NCBI GenBank assembly: GCA_963843145.1
Contig: CAWJJC010000027.1
Location: 320,001 to 384,000 of the forward strand
Reading direction: 5' to 3'
Source: an uncultured delta proteobacterium
Lineage (GTDB): Bacteria > Desulfobacterota > RBG-13-43-22
DNA length: 64,000 bases
Within the stretch, counting starts at the first letter, position 1; every line of letters starts with the position of its first letter. Shown piece after piece: positions 52,594-62,144 of this stretch. Below the pieces are notes generated by a model that had not been told where the DNA came from, searched no databases, and saw only the letters and a program-made list of their open reading frames with translations. The translations under genes were made by a program, and so were the position numbers.

Positions 52594-53793
52594 ATGATCA
52601 GGAAAGCCGGTTGGATCGGAATAGTTAGTCTGGTGCTGTTACTGGGTTTTGTTTTTTCAACTCAGGCCGCCTCGGTATCAGGTGTGACGGACACGGAAGT
52701 GACCGTCGGTATGACCACTCCCCTGTCGGGACCGGCCGCCCTCTGGGGTACCACGGCCCTTGGGGCTAAAGCCTGGGCCGACTATATTAACGATCAAGGC
52801 GGGGTTCACGGTCGCAAGATCAAAGTCATCATGAAGGACGATGGCTATAACCCGGCCCGGGCCATGGCCAACCTGACCGAAATGAAGGGTCAGGTCTTTG
52901 CCGTCAATGCCCTGCTGGGCACGGCGATCATCAATGCCACCAAAGATTTCTTCGCGGAAAACAAAATCCCTTTGATTAATGCCTATGCCGATGTCCGCAT
53001 CTGGGCCAAATATCCCAAGGACAAATTAAGATACGTTTTTATCGGTTACCCGGACTATGAAAATGAAGCCGAGTACTTGACTACCTATGCCATCCAGCAC
53101 CTGGGTGCTAAAAAAATCGCCCTTTTTTATCAGAATGATGATTATGGGAAAATGGCCATGACGGGGGTTAACCTGGGGCTGAAGAAACTGTCCGGGCAGG
53201 CCAGTCTGGTAGGCGCCGTTCCCTATGAAGTAACGGAAAGGGCCTTAGCCACTCAGGCCCAAAAGCTCAAAGAAACGGGTGCCGATACCCTGATAATGTA
53301 TCCCACCATGACGCACGGGGCCCTGATCCTGAAGGAGATGGCCAAACTGGGCTACAAACCCAAAGTCCTGGTCACCTTTACCCTGGGCGATCCGATCATG
53401 TACAAAATCGCCGGACCGGAGGTCTGGGAAGGGGTCTATCCGGCCAGTCCGGCCAACTCCGGTGTCCCGGGGGAAAAAGAGGTGGATCGGGTGATCGAAA
53501 TCCTGAAAAAATATGATCCCAAGCTGGCCGGAAAGGAATACCTGGCGGTTTTTGGGGCCACCTCCATGATGTACCTGGTGGAGGGCCTGAAGAATGCCGG
53601 CCGGAATCTGACCCCGGAGACCATGATCAAGGGTATGGAAATGATCAAAAACTGGAAACCGGAAGGGATCGGGGCCCCGGTGACTTTCGCACCGGACCGT
53701 CACCATGGGGTCAACGGTTCCCGAGTGATGCGAGCCGAAAAAGGCAAGCACGTCCCGATTACGGATTATACGCTTTTTAAACCGTTGTTTTAA
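52594..53793 (+). CDS. Branched-chain amino acid-type ABC substrate-binding protein
   Basis: Signal peptide, PLSGPA, INDQGGVHGRKI, DDGYNP, YQNDDYG. Confidence 0.93.
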   Translation: MIRKAGWIGIVSLVLLLGFVFSTQAASVSGVTDTEVTVGMTTPLSGPAALWGTTALGAKAWADYINDQGGVHGRKIKVIMKDDGYNPARAMANLTEMKGQVFAVNALLGTAIINATKDFFAENKIPLINAYADVRIWAKYPKDKLRYVFIGYPDYENEAEYLTTYAIQHLGAKKIALFYQNDDYGKMAMTGVNLGLKKLSGQASLVGAVPYEVTERALATQAQKLKETGADTLIMYPTMTHGALILKEMAKLGYKPKVLVTFTLGDPIMYKIAGPEVWEGVYPASPANSGVPGEKEVDRVIEILKKYDPKLAGKEYLAVFGATSMMYLVEGLKNAGRNLTPETMIKGMEMIKNWKPEGIGAPVTFAPDRHHGVNGSRVMRAEKGKHVPITDYTLFKPLF

Positions 53794-53807
53794 TGCCGAA
53801 TTGAATG

Positions 53808-53838
53808 GCAGGGGCGGGGTTCCATCCCCGCCCCCTAC
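53808..53838. repeat. REP-like GC hairpin after the SBP gene
   Basis: GCAGGGGCGGGG-ttccat-CCCCGCCCCCTAC. Confidence 0.7.
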
Positions 53839-53871
53839 AAAAAATCTATTCGTGGGCCAAATATTTTTCCG

Positions 53872-54624
53872 ATGTCTCTTTTAGAAATTAACGATCTATC
53901 GATCAGTTTCGGAGGAATCATGGCCCTGAGCGGGGTGAATCTCTCCGTCAAGGAAAATTCCATCCTGGGGATCATCGGCCCTAACGGTTCGGGTAAAACC
54001 ACTCTCTTTAATTGTTTGACCGGCATCTACCATCCCAACCGGGGAGACATCCTCTTCCAGGGAAAAAGCGTTCGCCGGCTTTCTCCGGACCGTATCGCCG
54101 CCCGGGGGATGGCCCGCACCTTTCAGAACTTACGGTTGTTCATGAACATGAGCGTCCTGGATAATCTTTTGGTGGGACGGCATCTTCGCTTTAAGAAAAA
54201 CCCGCTCTATCCCCTGTTCCGGATCCGTAAGGAGGAAATCCGCCACCGGGAGTGGGTGGAGGAGATTATCGACTTCCTGGATCTCCAGGCCTATCGCAGC
54301 GCCCGGGTGTCCGACTGCCCTTACGGCGTGCAGAAGCGGGTGGAGTTGGGGCGGGCCCTGGCCCTGGAGCCCAAGGTGCTCCTGCTCGATGAGCCCATCT
54401 CCGGGTTGACCTCTGAGGAAAAGGAGGAATCGGCCTACCGGATCAATGAAATCCGGGGGCGGTATCAGATGACCATCCTGCTGGTGGAACATGATCTGCG
54501 GATTGCATCCCGTTTGTCCGATTCCATGGTCGCCCTCTACTATGGACAAAAAATGGCCGAGGGAACTCCCGCGGAGGTCCAGCGCAATCCCGAAGTGATC
54601 CGGGCCTACCTGGGGGATGACTGA
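53872..54624 (+). CDS. LivG-type ABC ATP-binding protein
   Basis: GPNGSGKTT, RTFQN, LLLDEP, AYLG. Confidence 0.94.
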   Translation: MSLLEINDLSISFGGIMALSGVNLSVKENSILGIIGPNGSGKTTLFNCLTGIYHPNRGDILFQGKSVRRLSPDRIAARGMARTFQNLRLFMNMSVLDNLLVGRHLRFKKNPLYPLFRIRKEEIRHREWVEEIIDFLDLQAYRSARVSDCPYGVQKRVELGRALALEPKVLLLDEPISGLTSEEKEESAYRINEIRGRYQMTILLVEHDLRIASRLSDSMVALYYGQKMAEGTPAEVQRNPEVIRAYLGDD

Positions 54625-55397
54625 TGGGCTTCCTGCAGATCGCCAATATCGAAACCCTTTATTTCGACCGGATTTACGCCCTGCACGGCCTGACCCTGGA
54701 AATCAAGGAAAAAGAAATCTTCGCCGTCCTCGGGCCGAACGGCGCCGGAAAGACCACCCTGCTCAAGACGGTAGCCGGACTGCTTAAAGACCAGCCCAAG
54801 AAAGGGAGCATTGAATTCGACGGGCATCGTATTCACCGGCTTCCGCCGGAAAAAGTCTCCTCCCTGGGAATCGTTTACGTGCCGGAAGACCGGGGCCTTT
54901 TCCGGGAATTGACCGTTCGGGAAAACCTGGAACTTGGCTGCTGGGGCCGACACGACAAGGGGATCAAGGACGATCTGGATTTTATTTACACCCTTTTCCC
55001 TATCTTAAAGGAACGGACCCACCAGCAATCGGAAACGCTGTCCGGCGGGGAACAACAGATGCTGGCCATCGCCCGGGCCATCCTGCGCAGACCGCGGCTG
55101 CTGATGTTGGATGAACCCTCCCTGGGCCTGGCCCCTTTAGTGGCCCGCACGGTCTACGACGCCCTGGTTAAAATCAGCGAGTTGGGGACCACCATTCTGC
55201 TGGTCGAACAGAACGCCAAGCTGGCCCTGAAGATCGCCCATTACGGCTACATCCTCGAGGCCGGCCGAATCGTGCTTAAAGGGACCGCGGAAGAACTCAA
55301 GAGCAACGAAGACGTGCAGGAATTGTATCTGGGCCTGGGCGGTCAAACGGATTCTTCCAAAGGCTGGCGCCTGTACAAAAAAAGGAGGCGCTGGTAA
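54624..55397 (+). CDS. LivF-type ABC ATP-binding protein
   Basis: GPNGAGKTT, LSGGEQQMLA, DEPSLGLAP, VEQN. Confidence 0.94.
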   Translation: MGFLQIANIETLYFDRIYALHGLTLEIKEKEIFAVLGPNGAGKTTLLKTVAGLLKDQPKKGSIEFDGHRIHRLPPEKVSSLGIVYVPEDRGLFRELTVRENLELGCWGRHDKGIKDDLDFIYTLFPILKERTHQQSETLSGGEQQMLAIARAILRRPRLLMLDEPSLGLAPLVARTVYDALVKISELGTTILLVEQNAKLALKIAHYGYILEAGRIVLKGTAEELKSNEDVQELYLGLGGQTDSSKGWRLYKKRRRW

Positions 55398-57205
55398 TGG
55401 CCGCAGGGAACGGCAATTTTCCGGACCTTTTTTTCAGCCAGGTGGCCCGTTATCAGGACCGGGTGGCCCTGCGCCACAAAGATTACGGCATCTGGAAACG
55501 GATCTCCTGGAAAGAGTACGGGGCCATGGTCCGCACCGTAGCCGCCGGGCTGATTTCCCTGGGGGTGCAGCGGGGTGATAAAGTTTCCATCTTAGGGGAG
55601 AACCGCCCCGAATGGCTCTTCTGCGATCTGGGGAATATGAGTATCGGGGGGGTCTCGGTCGGGGTCTATCCGACTTCCGCCCCCGACCAGGTGGCCTATG
55701 TGGTGGGCCACTCGGAGTCCCAGGTCCTCTTTATCGAAAACGAGGAGCAGGTCGACAAAGTCCTGCAAATCCTTCCCGAACTGCAGGTGAAGCAAGTCAT
55801 TATCTGGGACCCTAAAGGCCTCTGGGGGTTTTCCCAGGAACGGATTATCTTCTTCGACGAATTCCTTAAAAGGTCCCAAGCCTACCTGGAAGAAAACCCC
55901 GACTGTGTGGACCGGCGTTTGGCGGAAATCCAGCCGGAGGACACGGCGATGATCATTTACACCTCGGGCACCACCGGAAGGCCCAAGGGCGCCATGATCA
56001 GCCATCACAACATCCTGAGCATGACCGAATCGTATCTCCAGGCCAACCCCGGGTATGACACCGATGAAGCCTTGTCCTATCTGCCCCTGGCCCATATTTA
56101 CGAAAACCTGATCTCCCTTTTCCAGGCCATCAAGGCCGGCGGCACGGTCAACTTTGTGGAAAGCATGGATACCCTGCCCCACAATCTGAAAGAAGTCTCC
56201 CCCACCATCTTTGCCAGCGTACCCCGGATCTGGGAAAAATTTGCTTCCCTGATCGCCATCCGCATGGCCGATTCCACCCCTACCAAAAAATTGCTTTACC
56301 AATTAAGCATCGGGGTGGGCCTGAAGTACGTCCAGACCCCCGAGGGCTCCAGCCGGCGATTCTGGTGGAGCCTGCTTTACTGGCCCTTTTATGGGCTGGT
56401 CCTTTACCATTTAAAAAAACAACTGGGATTGGAGCGGGTCCGGGTGGCCATCTGCGGGGCTGCACCGGCATCCCCGGAACTCTTTCAATACTACAATGCC
56501 ATCGGGGTCCCTCTCCGGGAAGGGTACGGTCAGACCGAATCCACCGGGGTTATCGCTCTCCAGCGTCTGGCTCGCCCTCGGTGGGGTTATGTGGGTGAGG
56601 TAGTGCCCGGCGTGGAAGTCAAAATTGCCGAGGACGGGGAGATCCTGGCCAAGGGGGCCAACGTTTTCAAAGGATATTTCAAAAACCCGGAACTCACGGC
56701 CGAAACCGTGAAAGATGGCTGGCTCTATACCGGTGATGTGGGGACCCTGGAGGACGGCTTCCTCAAAATCATGGATCGTAAAAAAGATATTCTCATCACA
56801 GCCGGGGGCAAAAATATCACCCCGGCCTTTATTGAAAACAAGCTCAAGTTCAGTTCCTATATCCAGGACGCCGTAGTCATCGGGGACGGGAGAAAATTTC
56901 TGTCGGCCCTGGTCCTGATCGACGAGGACAACGTCACCAAATATGCCCAGGACAACCGCATCCCCTATACCACCTTTGAAGATCTGACCCAGAATCCGGA
57001 TATCCTGAAATTGATCGATCAGGAGGTGGTCAAGGTCAACAAAACCCTTTCCCAGGTAGAGTCGATTAAAAAGTTTGCCCTCCTCCCGCGGAGGTTTTAC
57101 GAGGAAGACGGAGATGTCACCCCCACCAAGAAAGTAAAAAGGCGATTCCTGGAAAAGCGCTATGCGGAGTTAATCGAATCGTTGTATAAAGGGGGAAGAG
57201 GATAG
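55397..57205 (+). CDS. Long-chain acyl-CoA synthetase family protein
   Basis: YTSGTTGRPKG, YLPLAH, EGYGQTE, TGD, DRKKD. Confidence 0.95.
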   Translation: MAAGNGNFPDLFFSQVARYQDRVALRHKDYGIWKRISWKEYGAMVRTVAAGLISLGVQRGDKVSILGENRPEWLFCDLGNMSIGGVSVGVYPTSAPDQVAYVVGHSESQVLFIENEEQVDKVLQILPELQVKQVIIWDPKGLWGFSQERIIFFDEFLKRSQAYLEENPDCVDRRLAEIQPEDTAMIIYTSGTTGRPKGAMISHHNILSMTESYLQANPGYDTDEALSYLPLAHIYENLISLFQAIKAGGTVNFVESMDTLPHNLKEVSPTIFASVPRIWEKFASLIAIRMADSTPTKKLLYQLSIGVGLKYVQTPEGSSRRFWWSLLYWPFYGLVLYHLKKQLGLERVRVAICGAAPASPELFQYYNAIGVPLREGYGQTESTGVIALQRLARPRWGYVGEVVPGVEVKIAEDGEILAKGANVFKGYFKNPELTAETVKDGWLYTGDVGTLEDGFLKIMDRKKDILITAGGKNITPAFIENKLKFSSYIQDAVVIGDGRKFLSALVLIDEDNVTKYAQDNRIPYTTFEDLTQNPDILKLIDQEVVKVNKTLSQVESIKKFALLPRRFYEEDGDVTPTKKVKRRFLEKRYAELIESLYKGGRG

Positions 57206-57217
57206 ACTAAGAACAGC

Positions 57218-57383
57218 TAAATTCGAAATTCGAAGCACGAAATTCGAAACAAACAGCAATGTCCAAAATTCAAATGACCAAAACAACGTACCTTACCGGA
57301 TCGGCAGGATTCTGAGTTCTGGCATGGGGGTGTTTTGAATTTTGGATTTCGGTCATTTGGATTTGTTTCGGATTTCGGATTTT
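57218..57383. repeat. CGAAAT heptamer hairpin element, copy D, with extra loop sequence
   Basis: Arms match copy A; about 45 nt of unrelated sequence sits between them. Confidence 0.88.
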
Positions 57384-57421
57384 AAAGAAAGTATCCAACA
57401 TTTGGGATAGATTTAATAGAT

Positions 57422-58402
57422 ATGGATTTAATCGAAAGCTACAAACAAGAATTGCGGCTGATCCGCAAACCCTGGACGGGGTTTTGGATAGGCCTGCTGG
57501 GGGTTGCCCTGATCCTCCTGCCCTGGTACGGCAAAGAGCACTGGGTCTACATCCTGACCCTGATCTTTATCTTTTCCATCGGTGTCCAGGGGCAGAATCT
57601 GCTCATCGGCTATACCGGCCAGATCTCCTTCGGCCAGGCCGGGTTCCTGGCTCTGGGGGCCTTTACTTTCGGGCATTTGGTGCGCCTGGGGGTGCCGGTA
57701 CTCATTTCCCTGCTCGGTGCCGGTCTGTTGGCCGGCCTTTTCGGCCTCTTGGTGGGGTTTCCCTCGCTTCGCCTGAAAGGACCTTACCTGGCTATCGCCA
57801 CCTTGGGTTTCGGTATCGCGGTCTATCAGGTCTTTGTCAACTCGGAAGTACTTTCCGGGGGGCGCATGGGCCTGACGGTTCAAAAACTTCCCGCCCTTTT
57901 CGGGTTGAGCCAGGGGAACACCTATTATTATTTCAATCTGCTGCTGGCCACCCTTTTTACCCTGGCCTCCTACAACCTGGTTTCTTCTTTTCTAGGCCGG
58001 GCCTTCATTGCCATCCGCGACAACGACATCTCGGCGCAGGCCATGGGGATCAATCTTACCATTTACAAACTGCTGGCTTTCGCCATCAGCTCCTTCTATA
58101 CCGGAATTCAGGGAGGGCTCTATGCCCTGCTCCTGGGCTACCTGGAACCCAACATGTTCACCTTTCTGGAAACGATCGGCCTTTTTGTAGCGGTCATCGT
58201 CGGCGGGCTGGCCTCAATAGAGGGATCCATCCTGGGCGCCGCCTTTGTGATCCTGATTCCTCAAGTTTTCAGCAACGCCAAAAATCTGGTCCCGGTGGTT
58301 TATGGGGTGGCCATCCTGATCATCCTCATCTTTGAACCCTTAGGGCTGGCGGGCCGCTGGTTGAAATTCCGATTGTATTTGAGAATGTGGCCCTTTCGGT
58401 AA
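57422..58402 (+). CDS. LivM-type ABC permease
   Basis: NLLIGYTGQISFGQAGF, LKGPYLAIATLGF, AIRDN. Confidence 0.94.
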   Translation: MDLIESYKQELRLIRKPWTGFWIGLLGVALILLPWYGKEHWVYILTLIFIFSIGVQGQNLLIGYTGQISFGQAGFLALGAFTFGHLVRLGVPVLISLLGAGLLAGLFGLLVGFPSLRLKGPYLAIATLGFGIAVYQVFVNSEVLSGGRMGLTVQKLPALFGLSQGNTYYYFNLLLATLFTLASYNLVSSFLGRAFIAIRDNDISAQAMGINLTIYKLLAFAISSFYTGIQGGLYALLLGYLEPNMFTFLETIGLFVAVIVGGLASIEGSILGAAFVILIPQVFSNAKNLVPVVYGVAILIILIFEPLGLAGRWLKFRLYLRMWPFR

Positions 58403-58411
58403 GGAACTAAA

Positions 58412-59296
58412 ATGAGCCAATTTCTGCAATACGCCGTATCCGGTTTGTCCATTGGGGCCTTGTACGCCCTGGTGGCCCTGGGGCTGGTCCTCATCTATCG
58501 CTCCACCCGCATCTTGAATTTCGCGCATGGGGACCTGGCCACGATCGGAACCTTTTTCGCTTTTACCCTTTTAACTCATAATGTTTCCGGGATCGTCGCC
58601 TTTCCCCTGGCCCTGGTCATCGGCGCGGTCCTGGCCATGGTCTTTTATTTTGTCATTCTGATCCCGGCCCAGCGGCGCAATGCCACCCTGCTCGGCCAGA
58701 TCATCCTTACCGTGGGCTTGAGCCTGATCATCCAGGGATCGGTATCCCATTTTTGGGGCACTGAACCGCAGTCCTTTCCCTTTCCCCTTTCCGATACCAA
58801 GACCTGGAAGGTTTACCGGGACGTGGTCATCAGCGAACTCAGCTTGGGGGCCTTGGGCATAGGCCTTTTGGGCAGCCTGGCTCTCTTCCTCTTGGTTCAG
58901 AAAACCCGACTGGGCCTGGCCATGCGGGCTACTTCGGAAAACCTTACGGCGGCCCAGACCCTGGGTATTCCCACCCGCCGGGTTCTTTCCCTCTCCTGGG
59001 GCTTGGCCGCGCTCTTAGGCGTGCTGGCCGGGCTCTTCCTGGCCCCGGCCCTGCTGCTTGATCCTTTCTTTATGATGGAACCCTTCCTGAAAGGGTTTGC
59101 CGCCGCCATCTTGGGAGGCTTGAACAGCCTTCCCGGAGCTATTGTGGGGGGTCTCATTTTAGGGGTAGCGGAGAGTTTAGCCGGAGGGTACATTACCGTG
59201 GCCTTTAAGAATACCCTGGCCTTTGTGGTGATCATTGTGGTTCTGCTCATCCGCCCGGAGGGCCTCCTGGGCAAAGAATTTGTCGAACGGGTTTAA
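58412..59296 (+). CDS. LivH-type ABC permease
   Basis: YALVALGL...NFAHG, TRLGLAMRA, RPEGLLG. Confidence 0.94.
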   Translation: MSQFLQYAVSGLSIGALYALVALGLVLIYRSTRILNFAHGDLATIGTFFAFTLLTHNVSGIVAFPLALVIGAVLAMVFYFVILIPAQRRNATLLGQIILTVGLSLIIQGSVSHFWGTEPQSFPFPLSDTKTWKVYRDVVISELSLGALGIGLLGSLALFLLVQKTRLGLAMRATSENLTAAQTLGIPTRRVLSLSWGLAALLGVLAGLFLAPALLLDPFFMMEPFLKGFAAAILGGLNSLPGAIVGGLILGVAESLAGGYITVAFKNTLAFVVIIVVLLIRPEGLLGKEFVERV

Positions 59297-59342
59297 CTTT
59301 TCTTAACTTTTCCGGAAAAAATTCGATATACTGACAAGGACT

Positions 59343-60176
59343 ATGAGAAAACCCGTTCCCATTAAGAATTTTTTAATTTCGAGACCTATGTTGCCCGGAA
59401 AACTTCGTCCTCTCATCTGGCTTCTTTTTTGGGTTTTGGCCTTTGGGGGCCTCTTTCCATCGGCCGTCGCCCAGGCAGCCATCGGCAAAAATAAATTGAC
59501 CATCGTCAACCAGTCCGGGGAAGATACCGCCATTAAGCTAATCGGTCCACGGGAATGGCTTATCGAAATCCCGGCCGGCCAGGAACGGACCGTCCTTTTG
59601 CCCAGCGGAGATTATAGCTATGTGACCCGCTACGGCCAGGACTCGAATTTCCGGTATTCCCGCGGCACCCCCTTTCAGATTGAACAATCACGGATCGGCT
59701 TCACCGAAGCCACCTTAACCCTCATTTCCGCACCCGGCTCCACCTATATAGACCCGGCCCTGGTGGAACAATTCAACCGGCCGGTGACACCCCCTCTCGA
59801 GTCCCCGGACGATAAACCACCCCAGGCAGAGAAGGCGCCGCCTGTACCGGCCTCTCCCAAAGACAAGCCCAAAGAAGATTTTATCCTTCACCGGGTGTCC
59901 GGAGGGGAAACCCTGCCTGACATTTCCGAGTATTACTCGGGAGAAGCCGACTACTGGCCCGAAATAGCCAAGTATAATTCCAACCTGGACCCCTTCCGCT
60001 TGAAGCCCGGCACGACGGTTAAGGTCCCTATTTACCTGGCCATAATCCACAAAACCCCACCCGAGGCCAAACCTTCGCCCCCCTCGCCAAAGGCTCCCAA
60101 GAAAAAAACCGCTAAGCCAATGTCCCCTCCCCCTGCTTTACCTAAGGCCCCAGAGGGCGGGTTTGGGCCGAAATAA
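59343..60176 (+). CDS. Exported LysM-domain protein with Pro-rich linkers
   Basis: Signal-like segment; HRVSGGETL..IS.YY.G...W..IAKYN...L.PG..V.VP. Confidence 0.8.
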   Translation: MRKPVPIKNFLISRPMLPGKLRPLIWLLFWVLAFGGLFPSAVAQAAIGKNKLTIVNQSGEDTAIKLIGPREWLIEIPAGQERTVLLPSGDYSYVTRYGQDSNFRYSRGTPFQIEQSRIGFTEATLTLISAPGSTYIDPALVEQFNRPVTPPLESPDDKPPQAEKAPPVPASPKDKPKEDFILHRVSGGETLPDISEYYSGEADYWPEIAKYNSNLDPFRLKPGTTVKVPIYLAIIHKTPPEAKPSPPSPKAPKKKTAKPMSPPPALPKAPEGGFGPK

Positions 60177-60181
60177 ACGGA

Positions 60182-61669
60182 TTATCCGCGAAAGGAGGGC
60201 CCCGGCCGGAAGCCCGGGACTTTTTTACTTTCAGGAGTGGGTTTAGGCTTTTCTTCTTTGGAGGGGACCAGTTTTTTGACTTCTTTTTCCACCGTGTCTT
60301 TTAGGTCCGGATTCTTATCTAAATATTTCAAGGCGGTCTTAAAATGGAAAAGCGCTTTATCGGTTTGACCCCGTCTTTGAAAAAAGCGTCCTAAATTGTA
60401 ATGGGCCGGTCCCAGCTCACCCAGGTTTCCGTAGACCATCCCTAAATATTGGTAGACCTCATCGTTTTCGGCACCCATATTCAAGGCTCGCTGAAAATTC
60501 TCTAAGGCCAAGGGGTTATCGCCCTTTTCCAGGTAGGACCGCCCCAAATAAAAGGCGGCATTGGAATCCCGGGGATTCATCAGGGAGGCCTGACTCAAAT
60601 ATTGGATGGCTGAATTCAGGTCGTTTTTTAGCAGGTAGGTCTGCCCAAGATCCCTCAAGACATAGGGGTCGTGTGGTTTCAGGCTCAGCGCCTTTTGAAA
60701 TTCGTTGACGGCTCCCTCCAGGTTTTTTTCCCGGAGGTCCACCCATCCCCAGGCATAGTGGATCAAGAAGGGCGGGGCGTTCTCCTGCTCCATTTGTCGA
60801 AAACGATTCCGGGCCCTCTGAAGATCCCCGTATTGGGCCAAAATGAGAATCTGGAAGCGCCGAAAATCTTCGGAGCTGCCCCGGGTCCAGGGTCCCTGAT
60901 CTTTATACCGTTTCTCCAGTGACTCGATTTGGGCAATCCGGTCGCCGGTGCCGGGATGGGTCAACATATAGGCCGGGATTAGATCGGAACCGAAAGACCC
61001 CCATTTTCGCAGCTTGTTCAGTAATTCTATCATTCCCTCCGGATTAAAATCGGCTCGAGTCATGGTTTTGAACCCGTAGTTATCCGCCTCCGTTTCATCT
61101 TCCCGGCTATATTTCAAGCCAAGCGATATCCCCGTGGCCAGGGAACCGGTAATCACCGCGCTGGCAATCCGGGGGTCCCCGGCAAAGATACTGGCCAGAA
61201 CAGCCGCAACGGTTGCCAGGCTGATCTTCTTCTGTTGCTCCATCCGCTTGGCAATATGGTGGGAGGTCACGTGCGCGATTTCATGCCCCAGCAACCCGGC
61301 CAGTTCCGCTTCCGAATCCATAATCTCCAGAATACCCGTGGTAACGAAAACATGGCCCCCCGGTACCGAAAAGGCATTTAATTGGGGGTCCTTGATCAGG
61401 TAGAAGTGGAAGGGGTAAGCTATGGGGTGGGCGTCGCGCACCATTTCCTGGCCGATCCGATTCAAATAGTCCAGGAGCAACGGATCGTGGATTAGGGTAA
61501 AATGAGCCTCTACTTCCCGGAGCACCTGGTCCCCGAGCTTCTGTTCATCCTCCAGGGTGAGGGCGTAAACCGGATCGGCGCCGTTAAAGACCGGCACCCA
61601 AGAGGACACCCCGAAGAGGATCAGGAATAGAATCCCCAGTCGTAAACAGAAAAAAAACTTGGAGAACAT
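60182..61669 (-). CDS. bepA: M48 metalloprotease with TPR repeats (BepA/YfgC-like)
   Basis: NAFSVPGG, HEIAH, YSREDETEAD, THP, TPR C-terminus. Confidence 0.9.
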   Translation of the reverse strand: MFSKFFFCLRLGILFLILFGVSSWVPVFNGADPVYALTLEDEQKLGDQVLREVEAHFTLIHDPLLLDYLNRIGQEMVRDAHPIAYPFHFYLIKDPQLNAFSVPGGHVFVTTGILEIMDSEAELAGLLGHEIAHVTSHHIAKRMEQQKKISLATVAAVLASIFAGDPRIASAVITGSLATGISLGLKYSREDETEADNYGFKTMTRADFNPEGMIELLNKLRKWGSFGSDLIPAYMLTHPGTGDRIAQIESLEKRYKDQGPWTRGSSEDFRRFQILILAQYGDLQRARNRFRQMEQENAPPFLIHYAWGWVDLREKNLEGAVNEFQKALSLKPHDPYVLRDLGQTYLLKNDLNSAIQYLSQASLMNPRDSNAAFYLGRSYLEKGDNPLALENFQRALNMGAENDEVYQYLGMVYGNLGELGPAHYNLGRFFQRRGQTDKALFHFKTALKYLDKNPDLKDTVEKEVKKLVPSKEEKPKPTPESKKVPGFRPGPSFRG

Positions 61670-61742
61670 TATTACCTCGCAAAAAGTCCAAAAACGACTT
61701 TCTGCACGGACTTAAGACGCGCCCGTCAATTATTACCTCGCC

Positions 61743-62144
61743 TTAAAGCTCGCCTTCGCCGGGAAAGGATCCGGCCGGCAGGTCCAGCCGCGGGGCATCG
61801 ATCCAGAGACCCTCGACATCGTAAAATTCCCGGACGGTCTCCAGAAAAATATGGACGATCACTTCGTCGTAGTCCATAAGAATCCATTGCCCGGGTTCCT
61901 CTCCCTCCACCCCCAGGGGACGAATACCCGTTTTCCCCAAGGCCGTTCGCAGGTGCTCGGCTAAGGCCTGGGTCTGCCGGGTAGAATTCCCGCTTAAAAT
62001 CAGAAAGTATTCGGAAAAGGAGCAAAAGCCCTCCACCTGCAGCGCAATCGGGTTAACCGGTTTCTTTTGCAGAGCGGTTTGGATAATTATCTGGGCCTTT
62101 TCACGGGCCGAGAGATTACTTCGCGGTTTTTTCTTGGGTTCCAT
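61743..62144 (-). CDS. rsfS: Ribosome silencing factor
   Basis: YFLILSGNS.RQ, EG...QWILMDY..VIVHIF...REFYDVEGLW. Start reassigned to MEPKK. Confidence 0.94.
   Translation of the reverse strand: MEPKKKPRSNLSAREKAQIIIQTALQKKPVNPIALQVEGFCSFSEYFLILSGNSTRQTQALAEHLRTALGKTGIRPLGVEGEEPGQWILMDYDEVIVHIFLETVREFYDVEGLWIDAPRLDLPAGSFPGEGEL

Noticed and set aside
19519-57383. Short repeats as a CRISPR array
   Set aside because: No constant 23-47-nt repeat with unique spacers, and no cas genes.
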